A model generated the notes under the pieces. The model saw only the letters and a list, made by a program, of their open reading frames with translations. It ran no database searches and had not been told where the DNA came from. A DNA stretch of 64,000 bases from an uncultured Nitrososphaeraceae archaeon. Its GTDB lineage: Archaea > Thermoproteota > Nitrososphaeria > Nitrososphaerales > Nitrososphaeraceae. The position numbers were made by a program, and so were the translations under genes. Positions 34,652 to 46,965 of the stretch are shown here, piece after piece. How positions within the stretch are numbered: the first letter of the stretch is position 1; every line of letters starts with the position of its first letter. Where the stretch lies: the NCBI GenBank assembly GCA_963779615.1, contig CAVZZA010000003.1:32001-96000 (forward strand), given 5' to 3'.

Positions 34652-34798
34652 ATGGTCAAACAAGTCTTGCCTTCTTGCAATGTATGCGGCGTCTCAGTTA
34701 TCGATCATGTGGACCCGGAGGTAGAAAAAGAGGGGCAAATTAAAAAAGGAAAATATGTTGATAATGTTTGGGTTTGTGATGATTGCCTAAATAAGTGA
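34652..34798 (+). CDS. CxxC...CxxC zinc-ribbon microprotein (48 aa)
   Basis: MVKQVLPSCNVCGVSVIDHVDPEVEKEGQIKKGKYVDNVWVCDDCLNK*. Confidence 0.7.
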   Translation: MVKQVLPSCNVCGVSVIDHVDPEVEKEGQIKKGKYVDNVWVCDDCLNK

Positions 34799-35106
34799 TA
34801 GCAGCAGATATTTTATTTTTCGTGGTCTAAAGCAATCCCTTATTTGGGATATGGTAAGGAATACAAATCCACTTCAAGGCATTATTGAATATATCGATAT
34901 AATTTACCTCTATTTGAATCCATAGTTGCAATGTTGTGTATTTACGAATAGATCAAGCAATACCAAAGAACGGATAGCCTGTCCACAAGTTACGATTTAA
35001 TTTTGTTTTGTCATGTTCTATTACATAAATTCAGGGATATCCCGCACAGATATTGAAATCAATAGTTGTCGGTTTTTGCGTCATCCACTGTTAGAGGAAT
35101 TTTTTG

Positions 35107-36318
35107 TTAGTCATGAGATTTCTTTTTATCTTTTTTTTGATTAAACATTCTGCTTGAGTATTCAGCCAGTTTCTTCAAAGCCTCGACTCTCTCCCCTCTT
35201 TGTATTTCTGCCCCCTCAATTGCAGAAAATAGATAACTGATAGATTTATCATATGTTTTACGCGCCACAGGATACGGAACACCATCCTTACCGCCATGTG
35301 CAAAATTATACTTTACTGGATCCTGCCATGATGCTTTGCTTCCAAAGATTATTTCGCCTATAAGAGAAAGTGCTCTTACACTTGCTGGTCCTACTCCTGG
35401 AATAGAGATTAGCTGCTCGTAGTTTTGGGGCTGTATGTCGTAAATTTTTTTAAACACGCTCCAGTTAAGCTTGCGAGGCATCTCATAGTGTTCGGTAAAA
35501 TGCATAGTTTCCTTTTTGCCATTAGATACGTAACCTCCATTACTGGCACCATCTGCTGCAATCCAACTGTCTAGGGAAGCATTGTTGGTTTCCGTGGTGG
35601 GCCTTTTTGTTATCTCCACTACTTTGTATGCGGAGGATTGCAAGTTATGAAAATCCCCTTTTGCCAATTCAACACACATTTTTTGATTTTCAACTGAATT
35701 AGTTGATGTCATGTCAAGAGTGTTTGGATTTTTGTGTTCGCTTATAATCCCTACATGAGGTTCAGACACAAAGCTCTTGATATCATCTGAAATCCAATGA
35801 TACCTTCTTGCCATTTTAGTATTTGGGTTCATCCCTTGCTGCACGACAGTCCAATCTCCATATTCATCGAAAAGAATTGCATGATGATATAATGAATAGT
35901 CATCCTGTATTGCGGCACTATCCACCTTTGCTGTCATTCTACTAGCATACAGGAGTTTATCAATTTTGGCTGAAGATAGATTGTAATCCCTCTCTGCGAT
36001 CTGTGGAATTTCATGTTTTGTTTGGGTAGCCTTCTTTCCTTTTCCGCCTGCAATAGATATTCCATGAACACCAGCACTGATTGATTGTTTTAAAACACCT
36101 GTAAGCACAGTTGTAACCCCTGAAGAATGCCAATCAAATCCCAGGACACATCCAAATGCCTGAAACCACAATGGGTCGGCTAATCTATTTAGAAACAAAT
36201 GTTGACCATACTCATCTATAATTACCTTTGATATAGCGTAGGAAAGTCTAGCCATTCGTTGAACCAAATATGCCGGCGCATGCCCACCATGTAAAGGAAG
36301 GTTGATTGTGGAAATCAA
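35107..36318 (-). CDS. DUF763 domain protein
   Basis: LPLHGGHAP, DPLWFQAFGCVLGFDWHSSGVTT, AKVDSAAIQD, VVQQGMN, ARRYHW, HhH-like IPGVGP and FAHGGKDGVPYPV. Confidence 0.92.
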   Translation of the reverse strand: MISTINLPLHGGHAPAYLVQRMARLSYAISKVIIDEYGQHLFLNRLADPLWFQAFGCVLGFDWHSSGVTTVLTGVLKQSISAGVHGISIAGGKGKKATQTKHEIPQIAERDYNLSSAKIDKLLYASRMTAKVDSAAIQDDYSLYHHAILFDEYGDWTVVQQGMNPNTKMARRYHWISDDIKSFVSEPHVGIISEHKNPNTLDMTSTNSVENQKMCVELAKGDFHNLQSSAYKVVEITKRPTTETNNASLDSWIAADGASNGGYVSNGKKETMHFTEHYEMPRKLNWSVFKKIYDIQPQNYEQLISIPGVGPASVRALSLIGEIIFGSKASWQDPVKYNFAHGGKDGVPYPVARKTYDKSISYLFSAIEGAEIQRGERVEALKKLAEYSSRMFNQKKDKKKSHD

Positions 36319-37088
36319 GTTCCTAAATTATAGGATATCTAATTCTATTTAATTTATTGTCATGATATACATTATTTCGGTTTTTTCCGGTTTTTTGATT
36401 GTTTAATTCATTGTTTAATCAATAGTACCGTCATCATCTTGGGAGGAACAACCCTTCTGTTTGTTCTCTGTAAAACATTGAGTTTGCCATACCGTGACAA
36501 TTTGTTTATGCTTAGTGATCTTTACCATTACCAATATCTACACCAATGCTCGATATTATGGCCAAACTATCGCCTGAAAAAAGACACGGCATCATGTAAC
36601 CGTTTGACAGAATAATTTTCAAGAGCATATAACAATAAAAAGTGGTCAGGTTCTATTTATTTCCCTTATGTTCGGTTTGGCAAGACATATGAAAATATTG
36701 GATTGAAAGCATTATACAAATAACCCGTAATCAACAGACACCCATGATAACGAGTAAATCTACAGGAATGAAATATTTTTTGAAAAGTTGTTCTTTCTGT
36801 GATTTGATTTCAATTCATAGAAATGCAAACAAACCACTCAACAGGGAAAAAATTTTTTGGCATCTAGTCATATCCATATCATTATTAGGCAATCATGAAA
36901 CAGTTAGCAGGGGAATAAAATGTGCCCGTCTTTTGATTCTTAAAAAATATGTGAACCCAATGCACATTGCATTTGGATTTATTTGGTTTTTTAATAAAGT
37001 AACATTCACCTGCAGGATGAACTCCATGTTTAAAGTTATTGTGTTGTTATAAACGCTTTTTAAAGAAGGGTAATAAAAAAAATTCAGT

Positions 37089-37673
37089 ATGGCTATAATA
37101 TCATTTAAGGGCAAGGAACCAAAGATAAGTCAAGGTTGTTTTATAGCAGATAATTCTACCATTATCGGAGATGTAGAATTGGGTTCACATTCTTCTGCCT
37201 GGTTTGGCACTGTCATAAGGGGAGATGTATTTCATATCCGAATTGGTCGTAATACCAATATACAAAATAACAGTGTCGTTCATGTTACTACCAATAAGTT
37301 TCCAACGTTGGTTGGTAAAAATGTGACTGTAGGTCACTCGGTTACATTACATGGCTGTGTGGTGAATGATAACGTTCTAATTGGTAATGGATCGGTTGTG
37401 ACGGATCAATCTAGGATAGGGGAGTGGTCAATATTGGCAGCAGGGTCGGTTGTAAAGCCAGGAACAAACATTCCCTCAGGAAAGCTTTGGGGAGGGGTAC
37501 CTTCAAAGGAAATACGCGATATCAAAGATAAAGAGAAAGAATGGATCAGAGAATTGTCCAATAATTATGTAAGGTTATCCACTGATTATTTGGAGTCAAA
37601 CAATCTGAGTAACCGGATCATTAAACAAGCAAAAAGGAGACAGGATTACCTAAAATATTTTTTTGTGTTATAG
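37089..37673 (+). CDS. Gamma carbonic anhydrase family protein
   Basis: Hexapeptide repeats, IRGD and three His ligands (VVH, VGH, LHGC). Confidence 0.9.
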   Translation: MAIISFKGKEPKISQGCFIADNSTIIGDVELGSHSSAWFGTVIRGDVFHIRIGRNTNIQNNSVVHVTTNKFPTLVGKNVTVGHSVTLHGCVVNDNVLIGNGSVVTDQSRIGEWSILAAGSVVKPGTNIPSGKLWGGVPSKEIRDIKDKEKEWIRELSNNYVRLSTDYLESNNLSNRIIKQAKRRQDYLKYFFVL

Positions 37674-37830
37674 ATTAATCTTCAATTATTATGTTATCCA
37701 TTGGAGCTGCGCCAACATTTTACCAAATCATCTAAAAATTCTAAATACACTACCAATCAGAATTTTGTGAAATAAATTATTTTTTTATGAACAATGACTT
37801 TAGGTCATACAGTAAATAAACACCATCCTT

Positions 37831-38715
37831 TTACATGCCATCAAATGAAATCCAAATCCCAGGTTGGGTTTTTTTATCTATATATTTCCATATCGTAGGC
37901 GCAATCTCCAGTTCCGAGAAGTTTTTTCTTAGTGAATTGTGCATGTTCAAATAAACCGTATGGCTTGTAACTATTTTGTTGGGTTTTGCCAGTTTGGTTA
38001 ATTTGGCTGCCATACTTATGCCATAACCCAAAATATCAATATATGATTTTTCTCCTAACACATATTGAATAATTGAATGTTCACTAGCGTCAATTCCTAT
38101 CTTTACTTGCAATTGTTCATAATTATTTCGCATTAGAACAGGATTTATTATTTGCTCAAGGATGGCAATCATATATAGAGCACACTTTATTGCAGAATTG
38201 CAAGAGAGAGAATTGCTTTTATCCATAGGAAAATAAGCTATTACTGCATCCCCAACATATTTTAACACCTGGCCATTAAAATTGGATACTGCGACAGACA
38301 TTTCCTGCGTAAACATTTGAATTATCGTAGCTAACTTATCAACAGAAAAATTCCTTGTCATTAGTGTAGAGTCGACTAAATCGACATAAAGTACAACAAG
38401 TTTCAGTTTGGAACCTACATGCTGCAACAAAAACTGTTCAGATGTTTCTATTTTGGGACTCAGTCCAGAGCCTTTTTCAAACGCTTCCAAGATCCTGGTC
38501 TCAGTTTCCGTAATATGTGTTTGAAAATCCGTGATTTGTGGAAAACTATTGTGATTGAAAGGAACTTGTTTGTCTTTATCATGCATGTGTTTTTCTTGGC
38601 AATTTATGTGGTTGATTACAACAGACGCATCTTCTCGCACACCTCTCCAACACATACTAAAGTCCAACTTTTTTCCCTCAGAAATATACTCATTGAAATT
38701 CGGCCCTGAGAACAA
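37831..38715 (-). CDS. Class III adenylate/guanylate cyclase domain protein
   Basis: VVLYVDLVDST, KYVGDAVIAYF, KIGID and DILG; paralogue of 2592-3581. Confidence 0.87.
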   Translation of the reverse strand: MFSGPNFNEYISEGKKLDFSMCWRGVREDASVVINHINCQEKHMHDKDKQVPFNHNSFPQITDFQTHITETETRILEAFEKGSGLSPKIETSEQFLLQHVGSKLKLVVLYVDLVDSTLMTRNFSVDKLATIIQMFTQEMSVAVSNFNGQVLKYVGDAVIAYFPMDKSNSLSCNSAIKCALYMIAILEQIINPVLMRNNYEQLQVKIGIDASEHSIIQYVLGEKSYIDILGYGISMAAKLTKLAKPNKIVTSHTVYLNMHNSLRKNFSELEIAPTIWKYIDKKTQPGIWISFDGM

Positions 38716-38922
38716 GTTTCTATGTTCTATAAGAAATCCTTACATAAAAAGCCAATCTAATCTTTTTAGCATGGCAGCCTCAATAATATGTTCTAAACCC
38801 AAAAAAATAAAAATTAACAATATATCCTATTACAATATGGCTATAACGTTCCATTACATTTTATTCAAGAAACAATTAAAGAGTCGGTCAGTGTAATTCT
38901 ATATGGAAACCAGTGTATTATA

Positions 38923-39765
38923 ATGGAGTATGCGTATTCTAACGTCTTGGTTAGTACGCAATGGATAAACGACCATTTAAAGGATCCAAAAGTACGAATT
39001 ATAGAGGTTGACTATAATCCCTCCACAAGTTACTTACTCGGTCACATTCCAGGAGCAGTACTCTTTGACTGGAAACTAGAATTGGTTGACTCAACTAAGC
39101 GTGACATAATTTCAAAGGAGGTTTTTGAGGACCTAGTTCAAAAAGCTGGCATAAACAATGAAACCATACTGATTGTTTATGGCGACTTCAAGAACTGGTT
39201 TGCAGCATTTGCCTTCTGGATATTCAAGTATTATGGCTATGGCGATATCAGGTTGATGAATGGTTCACGTAAGAAATGGTTTGAGGAAGACCGGCCATTT
39301 AGTATGGACATTCCGACTTATACAAGAGGGACATTCAAAGCCTCCTCCCCTAATAAAAGCATAAGAGTTTTGATGGACTATGTAAAAGAATCTATTGGTT
39401 CTCAGGGCAGAGTACTGGTTGATGTTAGAACCAATGATGAGTATGATGGAAAAACTTTAGCCCCATCAGAATATTCTTCGGAATACGGTCAGGTCGGTGG
39501 ACATATTCCAGGTGCAGTGAATGTACCTTGGAGTTGGATGGTATATGATGACGGCACCTTCAAGTCTGCAGAAGAGCTAAGGAAAATATATGAATCACAT
39601 AGTGTCACGCCAGATAAGGAAGTCATAACATATTGCGGGATAGGGGAGAGGGCATCTTTTACCTGGTTTGTTCTGACATATCTTTTAGGGTATCCTAATG
39701 TAAAGAGTTACGACGGATCATGGCTTGAGTGGGGAAACAGCCTTGGTAACCCTATTGAAAAGTAA
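38923..39765 (+). CDS. Thiosulfate/3-mercaptopyruvate sulfurtransferase (tandem rhodanese)
   Basis: GHIPGA twice, active-site YCGIGERA and signature YDGSWLEWG. Confidence 0.95.
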   Translation: MEYAYSNVLVSTQWINDHLKDPKVRIIEVDYNPSTSYLLGHIPGAVLFDWKLELVDSTKRDIISKEVFEDLVQKAGINNETILIVYGDFKNWFAAFAFWIFKYYGYGDIRLMNGSRKKWFEEDRPFSMDIPTYTRGTFKASSPNKSIRVLMDYVKESIGSQGRVLVDVRTNDEYDGKTLAPSEYSSEYGQVGGHIPGAVNVPWSWMVYDDGTFKSAEELRKIYESHSVTPDKEVITYCGIGERASFTWFVLTYLLGYPNVKSYDGSWLEWGNSLGNPIEK

Positions 39766-40150
39766 GATATATTAGTTAAGGTCACTTTTTCTGAAGTGCT
39801 TTGTGTTTGATTTATATATAATATCATGAAAATGTAAGATACAAATTTTATTGGCCAAAGATACTTAATTTGGTTCTGTTCACTTATAGTGCGTTATTTC
39901 TGGGTGGTCAAAATGGGGCAGTAACTAGATTATATACTATATTGAATAACAGGTATCAATGAGCGATATTATAGATGATGCAACAAAGAAAATAAAAAAC
40001 ACCCAACAAGACTCCAAAGCAAAGGCTGAAACTGCAGAAGACCACGCAGAAGGAAAACCAAGTTCTGAAACACTTAACAAGGCAAAAGAAAAGGCAAAAG
40101 ACGCCCTCACCTAATTTTTTTCTATTCATCATTAAGAAGACCAATATTTA

Positions 40151-40543
40151 GTGTGGCAGAAATCAACAACCATCATAACGTATGGAGAATGGATAAACGC
40201 TATCTTAGTTTTTATATCTATTCCATTAACAATCTATTTTGTAAAACTAGAATTCATGGTAAAGGATTTAGAAAAACACCCTTTTCTAGATGGTATTAAA
40301 GAAGAAAATAAACAAGATGCCATAAATGCCTATAAAAAAGAAGGACAATAGGCGATTCAAAAGGAGATAGTTCACAAAATGATTCAACTAAATCCTAATG
40401 AAGTAGAAAAAAGAGACAATTCTGTAGAGAAATTTAGGACAAATCCACTCACTAAACCAAAATCAAAAGAATTAAAACGAATACCAGAAAAGGAAAAACA
40501 ACAAGCTATAGAACAGGCGATATTGCACCTCTATATGGAATAG
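40151..40543 (+). pseudogene. Small membrane-anchored hypothetical protein interrupted by an in-frame TAG
   Basis: The frame continues for 63 sense codons after TAG 40349-40351, to TAG 40541-40543. Confidence 0.45.
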
Positions 40544-41109
40544 GGTTGTGATTGGGTGTGATAACAGATTATCCATCTGATAACGAAAGCTTGTGGGAAA
40601 AAATCTTTAAAAATTGAAGTTGTCTCTTTTTAAGGTTTTGTAAAGAAGCAAACCCCAGTTCTGTTGTTTCTTATGTTGTTTAAATCAGTTGTTGGGATTC
40701 AGTTAGTAAGATAAATAACAGGTAATGGTATTGACAAAACGACAAAAAGAAAACTTGACATCAAGAAAAAACATGTTTCCAAATTTTAGTAAAGGTTTAT
40801 ATACCTTTTTCCCCTATAAAAATAATGATAAAAATTAATAATTGTAGATATTGTAATCATGAAGCAGGAGAACATGGTATTTTTAGAGGTTCCGATATTA
40901 ACGAAACACATTCTTGCAATAGATATGATTGTCGTTGTAGTCAATATATAAATTAAATAATTTTTAGGTTAGTCAACCATTTGCCATCCTAACCAAGTTG
41001 ACAGAACCAAATAACATAAATAGTTGTAGACAAAAGCCCATAATCAAAAAATAAGGTGTAGGTTAAGGTTGTTTAGTTGCTCAACCCTTGATTAAGCAAC
41101 CGTTTGCAA

Positions 41110-42039
41110 CCTAGGCCAATAAGACGACCAATCCAGCTATGGAAAGACCCGTTGACAGGTTGTCTAGTAGATTACAGATATTGCATCTGATATCCATATC
41201 ACCTACTTTGTATTCAAGAACAATGAATGTTTCTTCCAATCCTTGTTTCAACATATAGTGAGTTTTCTTATTGGGCCATAGCCGATGGGTTTCCAAGGGT
41301 GTGGCTGGTTTTGGTCTAACCCTGGCGTTCCTCCTTGCTTTTGTGCAATGGTAAATACAACTGCCTGCTAGACATTCAAAAATATCATTAATGCCATAGT
41401 CCCCGTCCGCAAATAGCTTACCTGTTATCTTATCATTTGATTTTGCAATATCTTCTGCCTTCAGGCAACACTTTGCCATCATGTAGATGCTCATTGGTTG
41501 CCTTCATCGACAAGGTTTTCTTGCTTTTTACATTTGCTGCAGCATGGATTTTCAGGCATCCTTTTTTCTTATCTTCCGTATTTCGTTCTTCCACTGGCCC
41601 CTGTTTGTTACCCTGATGACAGCGCTGCATATTGCAATTATGACAGGTTGATTGTTGAGTTCTTTGCTACGGTAATCATCATCGTTTATTTTGACACCCT
41701 ACCCGTTTGTTCTTCTGCTTATTGCACTGTAATTGGGGGTTGACGGAACTTTTCCATGAGCATGTCCTTTTGCAATTCCCTCCGTTTGCCGATAGGGAAC
41801 ATGAAAAGTACGCTTTGGAATACCCAAGGGGAAAAAGAAATGTGTTGGGATATGAGATGGTTCGCTCACCAACCTATCTCTGTTCATATCCTTTAGTTCT
41901 TTCCCAGTTGTCAATGACATCAAAATAAATCAGTGTTTCGCCAAGTTTACAAGAGATTGGTTGTGTTCTGACCATTTCACATGGTTCCTTAAAAAATACC
42001 ATCTAAATGCATTTGGAACTGCTAATCATGCAACAAACC
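41110..42039 (-). mobile_element. Degenerate IS5-family (IS903-like) element
   Basis: Transposase fragments in several frames: ELKDMN, PYRQTEGI, PNYSAISRR, KKGCLKIHAAANVKSKK, LFADGDY. End sequence CATGCAACAAACC ends at about 42039. Confidence 0.85.
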
Positions 42040-42110
42040 AATTACGCAAGAGATCTAATGTATTTAATATGTGATTCATTAAAACTGTTATATGGGTAGT
42101 GTAAGCTAAA

Positions 42111-42587
42111 ATGGAGATAGGAAACTTTTATAACAAATACAAAGATTATATTCTGTTTAACAAAAATATCATCATTTCGGGGGTGTTTGCATTCTTTGGT
42201 GGAGCCCTATTCACGCAGATATATACCCAATATGATAACAACAATCTTGCCAATTCTCTTACCACCCTCCTAATAGAATATGGGATTTACATCCCACTCT
42301 TTGCGTTTTTATATTATGTGGATAACAGAAAGAGGTATATAGAACCCTCTACAGGAAAGAAGGACCATAGCAAGATAAAGAGTGATATAAAAAAACTAAT
42401 TGCTGCATTTTCCGTCTCCGAGGTTATATTCTCTTTTGCAAAGGTAACCATTCATTATGAATTACTCCAATTTAAGATAGTAGAACCATATCAGGCATCA
42501 ATGATTGGTTCTCTAATAGCATGGGTAATATTTTTAGTATCAATAAACTTGAGTGTAAAGGCCGTGAAACTTTTTCGTTCTAAATGA
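42111..42587 (+). CDS. Membrane protein (GtrA-like, about 4 TM)
   Basis: Hydrophobic segments with NKNIIIS, EYGIYIPLF and PYQASMIGS. Confidence 0.7.
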   Translation: MEIGNFYNKYKDYILFNKNIIISGVFAFFGGALFTQIYTQYDNNNLANSLTTLLIEYGIYIPLFAFLYYVDNRKRYIEPSTGKKDHSKIKSDIKKLIAAFSVSEVIFSFAKVTIHYELLQFKIVEPYQASMIGSLIAWVIFLVSINLSVKAVKLFRSK

Positions 42588-43107
42588 GACCATGCTTTAA
42601 AATACTACGGCATCCAATGTTATCTCGGTTTTTCAATGGACTGTGTTTTGCTTTTTTGTACAATTTATTGTAATATATTATATGAATTGAGGTTTTTCCC
42701 TTGTTGTTTTAGGTCATTGCATAAAAAAAACCAAATAACGAAACTAAATTACTATTGCATGTGGTTCACTTTTTTTGCATTCTTGTTTTCACAAAATCCC
42801 ATTTTAAAGAACAGTTTTTGTAACACAGTGGTGGAGGCAGAGCCGAAATCGATTCTCCAAGAATACCACACTACGCATTATAACAATCAGGTTCCAAGTT
42901 TTTGGTCAAAAGATTGACCTAATTGTGAAATAATTAAATTTAGACATCTTATTTCAGAAGATTTAGAAAAAACAAGAGGTGCGTTAACTAAAACTATTCA
43001 GATGGTTGTATATTTGATAAATTGAGGCTTGCATCATATGATCATCTTCAATTTATGGATATATCCCCAAAGACCACCACCACCATTTCAAGATTCATCA
43101 GTTCCAA

Positions 43108-44664
43108 TCACTTTGATATTGATAGGTTTGTCCTCCTTTTTAAAATGAGCCCCGATGCAATGGATATGGTTGATATCAAAGTAGCTGTTAGAAAGATCAG
43201 GTTGTAAGATAATAATGATGGATATGATCTTCCACCAACTTCATTCACAGAGTCTTGGTATGTTTGCATGAATATTGAGGCAATCACAGGTCCGATTGAA
43301 CTTCCAATTAGCACAATTACAATCGATATACCAACGGATACACCACTAAATTGGTGTGGAGTGTATTGCAACACGATATTAAATGCGCCTACATTTATCA
43401 ATGACAGCCCTGCAGATATCATCACCAAATTAACAGCAATCATGAATTCCGTTGCATGAAAAACAAACAGGACGAAAAAACCAATTGTTGTGATAATGCT
43501 CCCCGCTATTACTGGTATAAAGTTACCAATTTTAGCTACAATGAATCCGGAAGAAGGAGCAAATACCAAAAACACTACCATAAAGGGCAATTGGATATTG
43601 GCACTGGTTATTGCGTCCCCGCCAAATCCAATGGGCGGAGGACTAGTTACTAAAATTGGAATAGTTTGATACACCATAAACATTGTGATACCAAAAGTTA
43701 GAAGAATGATGTTCGTAGGAAGAAGGATTTTATTTGCTATTAAATTAAGTGGGATTAACGGCGTTGGTACTTTCCGCTCTATGACAATAAAAAGGATTGA
43801 GGAGACTATTGTTAATGTGGCTAATGAAACTAAAACAGCAAAAGTATAGGACGAATCAACTGAACCCCTGTTGATATCACTATTAGTATTTGCAAAATAG
43901 GTCAGCGTAAGTAAAAATGAAGTTATTGTTATTGCCAAGGTTACAGTTCCCTTTAGGTCCATGCTATATTCATTACTGTTAACAATTTTTTGCGACTCTG
44001 AGGTGTTCTTTATTGTATGATTGGCATCTATACTTTGCATAAAATCTGCTTCCCCATTTCTTTTTTCCTCCGCTTTTGAGCGGTCATCGTTTTGGACAAA
44101 TTGTTTGATTATTACCCAAAGAATAATAGCAACAGGTATTATAGTAAAAAATGTAGACTGCCATCCGAAATTTTTAATGATAGTGCCACCTATCGCTATG
44201 CCCACTACTGAACCTGCAGCAAACATTGAACTAAATATACCAACACTTATTGCAAGCTTATGTACTGGAAATTGATCTCTTATAATCCCAAATGCTATCG
44301 GAAACATGGATATACCCAAGCCTTGGATAACCCTAGCAGTAAGAAGAACATAGATATTAGTCGATAGCCCACCAAGAACAATTCCTATGATATAGACAAT
44401 AAATATAATCAACACCATTTTCTTTTTGCCATAAACATCAGATAGTTTTCCGGCAATTGGAGTCATTACCGCGCCTGAAATAAGGTATGCCGTAAGTATC
44501 CACGATGAAGTGCTATACGAAATATCAAAATCTTTAATGATCTGGCCAATAGCTGGTATTAACATAGTCTCACCATACATAGTAATTAAAATGGTAGACC
44601 CCAAAATGGCAAGTGTTATCCATGTGGATGCCTGAATTTTTTCAGAAGGTTTTGCCACATTCAT
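43108..44664 (-). CDS. MFS transporter (14 TM)
   Basis: GKLSDVYGKKK, ARVIQGLG and FGWQSTF. Confidence 0.92.
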   Translation of the reverse strand: MNVAKPSEKIQASTWITLAILGSTILITMYGETMLIPAIGQIIKDFDISYSTSSWILTAYLISGAVMTPIAGKLSDVYGKKKMVLIIFIVYIIGIVLGGLSTNIYVLLTARVIQGLGISMFPIAFGIIRDQFPVHKLAISVGIFSSMFAAGSVVGIAIGGTIIKNFGWQSTFFTIIPVAIILWVIIKQFVQNDDRSKAEEKRNGEADFMQSIDANHTIKNTSESQKIVNSNEYSMDLKGTVTLAITITSFLLTLTYFANTNSDINRGSVDSSYTFAVLVSLATLTIVSSILFIVIERKVPTPLIPLNLIANKILLPTNIILLTFGITMFMVYQTIPILVTSPPPIGFGGDAITSANIQLPFMVVFLVFAPSSGFIVAKIGNFIPVIAGSIITTIGFFVLFVFHATEFMIAVNLVMISAGLSLINVGAFNIVLQYTPHQFSGVSVGISIVIVLIGSSIGPVIASIFMQTYQDSVNEVGGRSYPSLLSYNLIFLTATLISTISIASGLILKRRTNLSISK

Positions 44665-45431
44665 CGATCACCTTCCGCCTTTAATATGTCCTAATACCTA
44701 TCGGTTACTTTTGCCATGAGGGTGAAGAAGAAGATGATGTGAAAACACATTTCCTAGCCAGTTCCTAAATGTATGTGTCATTTTTAAATCCCCATCTTAC
44801 CCTGTAACATTTCACTATTCTCTTCTATGTTAGAACCATCCAAGCCTAAAAATTAAGACTTTTCCGTTGTTGCAGGTATTTCCCCTTATTAATAATACAA
44901 TGTTTTTATGCTGATTACATTTGCATTTATCTTAACAAATAAAACCATCATTCATTTGTTATTGGGTTCAACCGTATTTTAGCAATTAGAAATACAATAG
45001 CAAAATTACAGATTTAATGTAAAATCTTACTTGACAAAAAAGAAGAGAATCAACGGGTTTCCGACTTCTTTTTGTTTTGTATCTTAATCTATTGTTAAGG
45101 CCACAAGGAACAACAAACAGCACAAGCAGATGATTCAGCAGGAGGATATCCGTTAGTTCAAACAGGTGGTACTACTGGAGGAAAAATAGGATTAGTCAAA
45201 CATAACCAATTATGAATATTTTTTTCATTTATTTTTTATTTTCGTATCTTTCAGGCGGATATAATAGTCATGGTTGTTAAAATACCTTTTAATATAAAAA
45301 TTCAGTAGTAGAGTTATCTTACTAGTAGCATAAAATAATTCAATGGCCTTTATTGAATAAGTTTACTTTTACCATTAATATTATATTATACGATAAATAA
45401 TTTGACATTTATCTTGATTTTTGTCCACTTG

Positions 45432-46371
45432 GACCCTATACCAAAACTATCATTCTATAAACAGTTATCCCCAGGAGAACGGTACTAACTCAAGATAGTT
45501 TTCCATCTTTTCATATCATTTGAATATCTTTCTAAACCTGTTGTGCCATGAGTTGGTTCTCTCCACAACCCATGTTCTTGCAGGATGTTCTTTGCGATTT
45601 GAGGTTTTTTCTTTTCCGTATCTTTCTTGACCTCTCTTTTTTTTCTCCTGTACGGTAAATGTAGCACATATCCTCGTTTTGCAATTGCTTGTTCTTCGGG
45701 CTTGGACTATATGCTTTATCAAGACAAGGGTGTTGCAGTTTTCTTTTTCTTCCCGTCTTTGTTTTAGCATATGGAATACATCTTTAGCAACCGCATTATC
45801 CACTACATCTGTTACTAATTTAACATCATTCATACTTGCAGATGACATGACAGCTGAGAGCGGGATACCTTCCTTATCTGTTAAAACATGCTTATTTGTG
45901 CCCAGCTTGCCTCTGTCGGCGGGATTGCTTCCAGTCATCTCCCCCCCCTAAATGCGACTTTATGGATACGCTGTCAGGTGAGCACCAGGTCCACTTGATG
46001 CCCACTAGATTGTCATAGATTTTTAGCACCCTTATCCATATTTTCCTAAAGATGTCAAGTTTAATCCATTCCTGAAATCGCCTATGGCATGTCGAACCAG
46101 ATCCATTTCCAGGATGGAACACCTTCCATCGGCATCCTGTTCTTAGAATGTATAGGACACCAGCAAGTACTTTTTTAAATGGTATGATTGGACGACCAAC
46201 AGTTTTAGATTGTTTCTCTTTGGGTCAAACGATTCTAAAATTATCCCACAATTCATCTGAAATCTTGCATATAGTGCAAATATCCTTTTTATCCTCCTCC
46301 TTCTGGATGCAGGCCCCACGTTGGCAGTGATGATAACAAGCTATACTTCTATCGAATTTTGGGATAGGCTC
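45432..46371 (-). mobile_element. Degenerate IS5-family (IS427/IS1031-like) element with imperfect TIRs
   Basis: Fragments GSTCHRRFQEW, NPADRGKLGTNKHVLTDKEGIPLS and WVVERTNSWHNRFRK. Ends GACCCTATACCAAAA (45432) and the reverse complement GAGCCTATCCCAAAA (46357-46371) match at 13/15. Confidence 0.88.
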
Positions 46372-46965
46372 TAGAAAATTGATTTAGTAACTTTCAAAAG
46401 GATCCTTCAAGTATATATGGAAAGTCAGAGTCCCGTCTTTACCTGATATACTAGAGATGCTAAAAAATAATGTCGGGTACGGTAATTTGGAACAAGTAGA
46501 TCCTCCAAAAAGGAATCAGAATTGAATAGTGTACTAAAGGAACTACAATGTTCTAAAATGTTGCATAGTGTATTTTTTTTAATAATCTTACTAAATGGCC
46601 CGTTAACTCGGTCATGTGAGCATATTAGAGACTATTTTTGTCAAAAGACAAGATTGCAATTATTTCCAGAATAAATAGATCTCAATTAATATATAATTAC
46701 CAAGACTGCAAACCTCAATAATTAATTATAAATATACCTTAAACGGTAAAATTTGTGCTTAATACCCTAGGGGTTTTATTAGAAATTTTATAACTGCTTA
46801 GTATGCGACAAATCTATCGAATTGTATTTGAAATATTAAACCCAATAACAAATCGAGAACAAAATTTATATAAATAATCATACAAATACTTTGATAGGTT
46901 GAATTGATCTATTAATTTTACTAAATAACAGACACCCTTATCTAGGACTATTATGATTATTTAAT

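Noticed and set aside
37089-37673. NIQNN instead of the usual NIQDN in the gamma-CA as a new activity
   Set aside because: It is a single substitution with the metal His ligands intact, which is not enough evidence.
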